64,000 nucleotides of DNA from Burkholderiaceae bacterium (GTDB lineage Bacteria; Pseudomonadota; Gammaproteobacteria; Burkholderiales; Burkholderiaceae_D): positions 769 through 64,768 of the forward strand of contig DATFBD010000140.1 of NCBI GenBank assembly GCA_035254005.1, written 5' to 3'. The notes beneath the pieces were generated by a model that saw nothing but the letters and a program-made list of their open reading frames with translations, was not told the origin of the DNA and made no database searches. Numbering within the stretch: the first letter of the stretch is position 1; every line of letters starts with the position of its first letter. Positions 60,402 through 64,000 of the stretch are shown one piece after another. The translations under genes were made by a program, and so were the position numbers.

Positions 60402-60470
60402 ACGTGTTCCGGTAAGAATGGCCGCCGCACTGGCTGCGCGGCGGCCTGACTTCATGCTACACCATCCGGC

Positions 60471-61418
60471 TTAGGGATACTGCATGGTGCACGCCTGGGA
60501 CGGCAGCAGGGTCCAGTTCTGCTGGATCAGGTACTTCAGGCCGCCCAGCGTCACGTTGTACTTGGCGCCGTTGGACGCCAGCGAGGTGGTGCCGAAGGTC
60601 CATGCGCACTTGTCGCCGTTCTCCATGCCGCTTTGCAGCGAGTACCAGGCGTTGCCGTCCGGGTCGGTGACGGCTTCTTCCAGTTCGTGCGCGAAGATGC
60701 TGGCCATGGCGTCGGCGCCCGGCGTGTTGTTCGGGCTGGGCGTGTTGGCGCCGCAGGCCGATGGGCACTGGGTTTCCGGATTGCCCACGAAGGCGTACTT
60801 GATGTTCTGGCCGCTCACGGTGGTGTTGGTGTGCCAGCCGCAGTACTGGGTGCAGAAGCCCGAGGTGGCCGTGGTGGCGCTGTCGGTCATCACGAAGTAC
60901 ACGGCGTTGCTGTCGAGCGGCAGGGCGCCCGACGAGATGGCGTTGGTCACCACGGTCTGGATGTTGGCGTCCGTCAGCTGGGTGCCCAGGGTGCCCGAGT
61001 TGACGATGCTGCCGGCCAGCTTGACGCTGTTGCTGACGTGGGTGTTGCTGCCGTTGTAGTAGGTGGTGTTGATGTTGAAGTAGGGCGAGCCGCCGATGCT
61101 TTGCGCCAGCGTGGTCAGCACGCTTTTCGAGGCCGGGCCGTTGCCGGTGTCCCAGTTGCTGCCGTACCAGATGTAGTACACATTGGTGGTGGGCGCCACC
61201 ATCACGGGGCCGCCCTGGTAGGTCAGGTTGGAAGTGCGGCGCGCCTTGAGCGTGGCCGCTTTTTCCGGATGGCTCATGGAATCGAGGTCCAGTTCGCCCC
61301 AGCCTTTGCCGGTCGGTTTGAAGATGGAGTCCTTGGACTCCTTGATCACGCCGGCATGGGCGGCGGTGGCGCATGCCAGGCTGGCAGCGAGCAAAGTAAG
61401 CTTGAGACGCAAAGTCAT
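60471..61418 (-). CDS. Secreted EXORDIUM/PHI-1 (phosphate-induced protein 1)-like protein
   Basis: Signal peptide AHA; LTYQGGPVM, NVYYIWYG, GFCTQYCGWH, YAFVGN...CPSAC, PNNTPGADAM, AHELEEAVTDP, NAWY, DKC, LIQQNW. Confidence 0.75.
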   Translation of the reverse strand: MTLRLKLTLLAASLACATAAHAGVIKESKDSIFKPTGKGWGELDLDSMSHPEKAATLKARRTSNLTYQGGPVMVAPTTNVYYIWYGSNWDTGNGPASKSVLTTLAQSIGGSPYFNINTTYYNGSNTHVSNSVKLAGSIVNSGTLGTQLTDANIQTVVTNAISSGALPLDSNAVYFVMTDSATTATSGFCTQYCGWHTNTTVSGQNIKYAFVGNPETQCPSACGANTPSPNNTPGADAMASIFAHELEEAVTDPDGNAWYSLQSGMENGDKCAWTFGTTSLASNGAKYNVTLGGLKYLIQQNWTLLPSQACTMQYP

Positions 61419-61645
61419 GTCGATTTCTCCGTGGGGGGTGGAACATCAAAGTTGTCCTGCTAACGGACAATCTGCTCTTACTCCGCTGTCTACATGCTGC
61501 CATGCGTCAACAAGCGTGAGTATATTTTAACGCTCTCGTCTGTTGGCGAGCGCGAAAAAATGCTGCGGCAGCGCACCGTCTCTTGTCATCAAGAGCACGG
61601 GCATTGCTTATGGGTTAAGTGATTTGTGGCGGCGCAAAAAGGCGG

Positions 61646-61756
61646 CTACGCGGGGGAGCGTTGGGGGCGACTGACGGGATGGAAGACGTGCGGAACGTGG
61701 AGCGGGTCAAAAGCGGTAAGCAAGGTGCTCAGGGTACTCAGGGTGCTCAACAACAT
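61646..61756 (-). CDS. Putative 36-aa small protein
   Basis: MLLSTLSTLSTLLTAFDPLHVPHVFHPVSRPQRSPA with GGAGA RBS upstream; translated by hand. Confidence 0.35.
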   Translation of the reverse strand: MLLSTLSTLSTLLTAFDPLHVPHVFHPVSRPQRSPA

Positions 61757-62044
61757 GTGTTTCTCCCGATGAGATTGTGCGGCACTGCGGTTGCGCTTGT
61801 GGCGCGAGCAGATTTCATTGTTATGGTGTTGCTTTGCTGCGAAGTTGTGAGTTCATTTTACTGAAATATTTTTCATTTGCTATTGTTTTTGTGGCTCTGT
61901 TGGAAAATTAAGACAGTTGAAGATCGCAAGCGGGCCAAGGCCGGGCGCGTGCGCGGCCAGCCGGTTGGACAGGAATATGGTCGGACGGGGCCACGACGGC
62001 GCCGGGGTGGTGCCGGGAAGGCGTCGCAGTCCTGATCCTCGCCG

Positions 62045-62242
62045 CTATTGTTTGTTCTTGGGACGGCGCACTTTGGGCGCCCCGAACAGCGCTTCCACCA
62101 TGGGATCGCGGCGGGCGATGGCGCGGCTGGCGCGCACGGGATAGATCACGTCATCGACCAGCCGGTGGATGCGGGTGCCGTCGCGGTCTATCGTGATGTT
62201 CAGGGCCGATTCGCGCCCCTGGCTTGGTACATGCTCGTTCAT
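62045..62242 (-). CDS. Small hypothetical protein with RRDPMVEALFG motif
   Basis: GAGGA RBS before ATG 62242 (alternative start 62263); compact ORF in otherwise intergenic DNA. Confidence 0.55.
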   Translation of the reverse strand: MNEHVPSQGRESALNITIDRDGTRIHRLVDDVIYPVRASRAIARRDPMVEALFGAPKVRRPKNKQ

Positions 62243-62490
62243 CAGACGCACTTCCTCTTTCATGGCGCCCGGCGCTGCCTGCGGTATCGGAGCGGTAGGC
62301 GAGCGGCCATGCTACGGCACGCGCGGCCCCGCGCGCAATACGCCTTCCGATGCGTGCGTCTAGTTCCTAAGGCTTAGCCGCGCTAGTTCCGTTGCAGTCG
62401 CCCGCCCCACTATTCACCGATAGCGGGCACGCCGCGCGCTGCCTACACTGCCCAGGTCGCTCGGCACATTCTTTCTGGCTTCGGAATTTC

Positions 62491-62504
62491 TTGACTCAGA
62501 TCAT
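62491..62504 (+). promoter_or_regulatory. FNR/DNR-type box upstream of nosZ
   Basis: TTGAC-tcag-ATCAT versus consensus TTGAT-N4-ATCAA. Confidence 0.6.
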
Positions 62505-62608
62505 TCAAGATTGCCCTGTTGAAGCAAGACAATGCTCGCTGGCCCGGGACCGCGCGCGCCGCGCGGCAACCCGCTGTACCGATGTATGCACACTCAGGAG
62601 AAAAACAG

Positions 62609-64000
62609 ATGGATAGGGATAGCAGCAACAAGGCAGGCAATGAACTGGACACCGACGTCGTCAACGCGCGACGCGGTTTCCTCGGCAAGAGCGCAATGCT
62701 GGGCCTGGCTGGCGCCACGCTGGGGCTGGCCGGCTGCAAGGAAGAGGGCGGTGCGGCCAAGGGCAGTGCTTCCGCGTCGGCGGCGGCCGCGGCCAAGGGC
62801 GGCGGTGGTCACGAGATCGCACCGGGCCAGCTGGACGACTACTATGCCTTCACCAGCGCCGGCCACGGCGGCGAAGCACGCGTGATCGGCCTGCCATCGG
62901 GCCGTACCCTCAAGCGCATCCCCGTGTTCAACGTGGACTGCATGGTCGGTTGGGGTATCACCAACGAATCGAAGAAGATCATGGGCACCAAGGCCGATGG
63001 CTCGCTCGAATACAAGACCGGCGACACCCACCACGTGCACGCCAGCTACAAGGACGGCACCTATGACGGCCGCTTCATGTGGGTCAACGACAAGATCCAC
63101 TCGCGCCTGGCCCGTATCCGCATGGATACGATGGAATGCGACAAGATCACCAAGCTGCCCAATGTGATGGGCTTCCACGGTATGTTCCCGGACAAGTGCG
63201 ATCCGGTCGACGCCAAGATCAACTACACCACCCGCGTGTTCTGCGGCGCCGAATTCCACGTGCCGCTGCCCAACGATGGCCATGACCTGAACGACCCGGA
63301 CAAATGGGGCTGCCTGTTCAGCTGCGTCAACGCCGACTCCATGGAAGTGATGTGGCAAGTGCGCGTGGACGGCAACATGGACCTGGTGGCCACCTCGTAC
63401 GACGGCAAGCTGGCCGCCTCCAACCAGTACAACACGGAAAACGGCCACGACCTGACGAGCATGATGTCGGCCGAGCGGGACGCCTGCGTGTTCTTCAACG
63501 TGGCCCGTATCGAAGCGCTGGTCAAGGCCGGCAAGTTCGTCACCATCGGCAGCTCCAAGGTGCCCGTGGTTGACGGCCGCAAAGCCGCCAATGGCGATCC
63601 GAAAACCGCGCTGACCTGCTACGTGCCGGTCGGTAAGAACCCGCACGGCGTGAACGCCAGCCCGGACGGCAAATACTTCGTCTGCTCGGGCAAGCTGTCG
63701 CCGACGGCCACCGTGATCGACCTGTCGCTGGTGCACAAGTGGTTCGCCGGCGAACTGAAGACCGAACGCGACGCCGTGGTGGCGGAACCGGAAATCGGCC
63801 TGGGCCCACTGCACACGGCCTTCGACGGCCGCGGCAACGCCTACACCTCGCTGTTCCTCGACAGCCAGTGCGTGAAGTGGAACGTGGACGCCGCCATCGC
63901 CCAGTTCAAGGGCGACAAGAACGCCAAGGTCATCGTCGAGAAGATGGACGTGCACTACCAGCCTGGCCACAACTACGCTTCGATGGGCGAAACCAAGGAA
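62609..64000 (+). CDS. nosZ: Nitrous oxide reductase, clade I (Tat); runs off the window end
   Basis: Translated by hand: AGGAG RBS, ARRGFL, APGQLDDYY, RIPVFN, GWGITNES, GDTHH, NDK, KNPHGVN, GLGPLHTAFDG, DVHYQPGH. Confidence 0.95.
   Translation, partial: MDRDSSNKAGNELDTDVVNARRGFLGKSAMLGLAGATLGLAGCKEEGGAAKGSASASAAAAAKGGGGHEIAPGQLDDYYAFTSAGHGGEARVIGLPSGRTLKRIPVFNVDCMVGWGITNESKKIMGTKADGSLEYKTGDTHHVHASYKDGTYDGRFMWVNDKIHSRLARIRMDTMECDKITKLPNVMGFHGMFPDKCDPVDAKINYTTRVFCGAEFHVPLPNDGHDLNDPDKWGCLFSCVNADSMEVMWQVRVDGNMDLVATSYDGKLAASNQYNTENGHDLTSMMSAERDACVFFNVARIEALVKAGKFVTIGSSKVPVVDGRKAANGDPKTALTCYVPVGKNPHGVNASPDGKYFVCSGKLSPTATVIDLSLVHKWFAGELKTERDAVVAEPEIGLGPLHTAFDGRGNAYTSLFLDSQCVKWNVDAAIAQFKGDKNAKVIVEKMDVHYQPGHNYASMGETKE

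Noticed and set aside
62264-62608. Absence of nosR upstream of nosZ
   Set aside because: nosZ-first order is common in Betaproteobacteria, and the rest of the cluster would lie beyond the window

Overview
GC-rich betaproteobacterial chromosomal DNA, most consistent with Oxalobacteraceae (Massilia-like; inferred from gene content and protein style, not tested). It holds about 58 CDSs and I saw no rRNA, tRNA, CRISPR array, integrase or transposase. Housekeeping genes: rhlE, suhB, trmJ, purU, yaeQ, LOG, ygjP, cho-like and an rpoD-type sigma. Lipid modules: laoAB-like GMC pair, sphBCD-like cluster with a TonB receptor, and a fatty acyl-CoA reductase/phasin/patatin/TetR block. Also present: a PAS kinase with a REC-GAF-PAS-GGDEF-EAL protein, the GbsR-cydPABX operon divergent from modABCE, a DUF2946/CruR-like uORF-PCuAC-TonB copper locus, and the start of nosZ. 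Most unusual items: (1) an apparent operon for a secreted plant EXORDIUM/PHI-1-like protein, an NTF2-fold protein, a lipase foldase with no adjacent lipase, DsbC and an MFS transporter; (2) a structured terminated RNA candidate between proQ and the rpoD paralog; (3) five REP-like long hairpins with conserved ends and different self-complementary cores, all between convergent genes. All family calls come from motif recognition by eye, not database searches.
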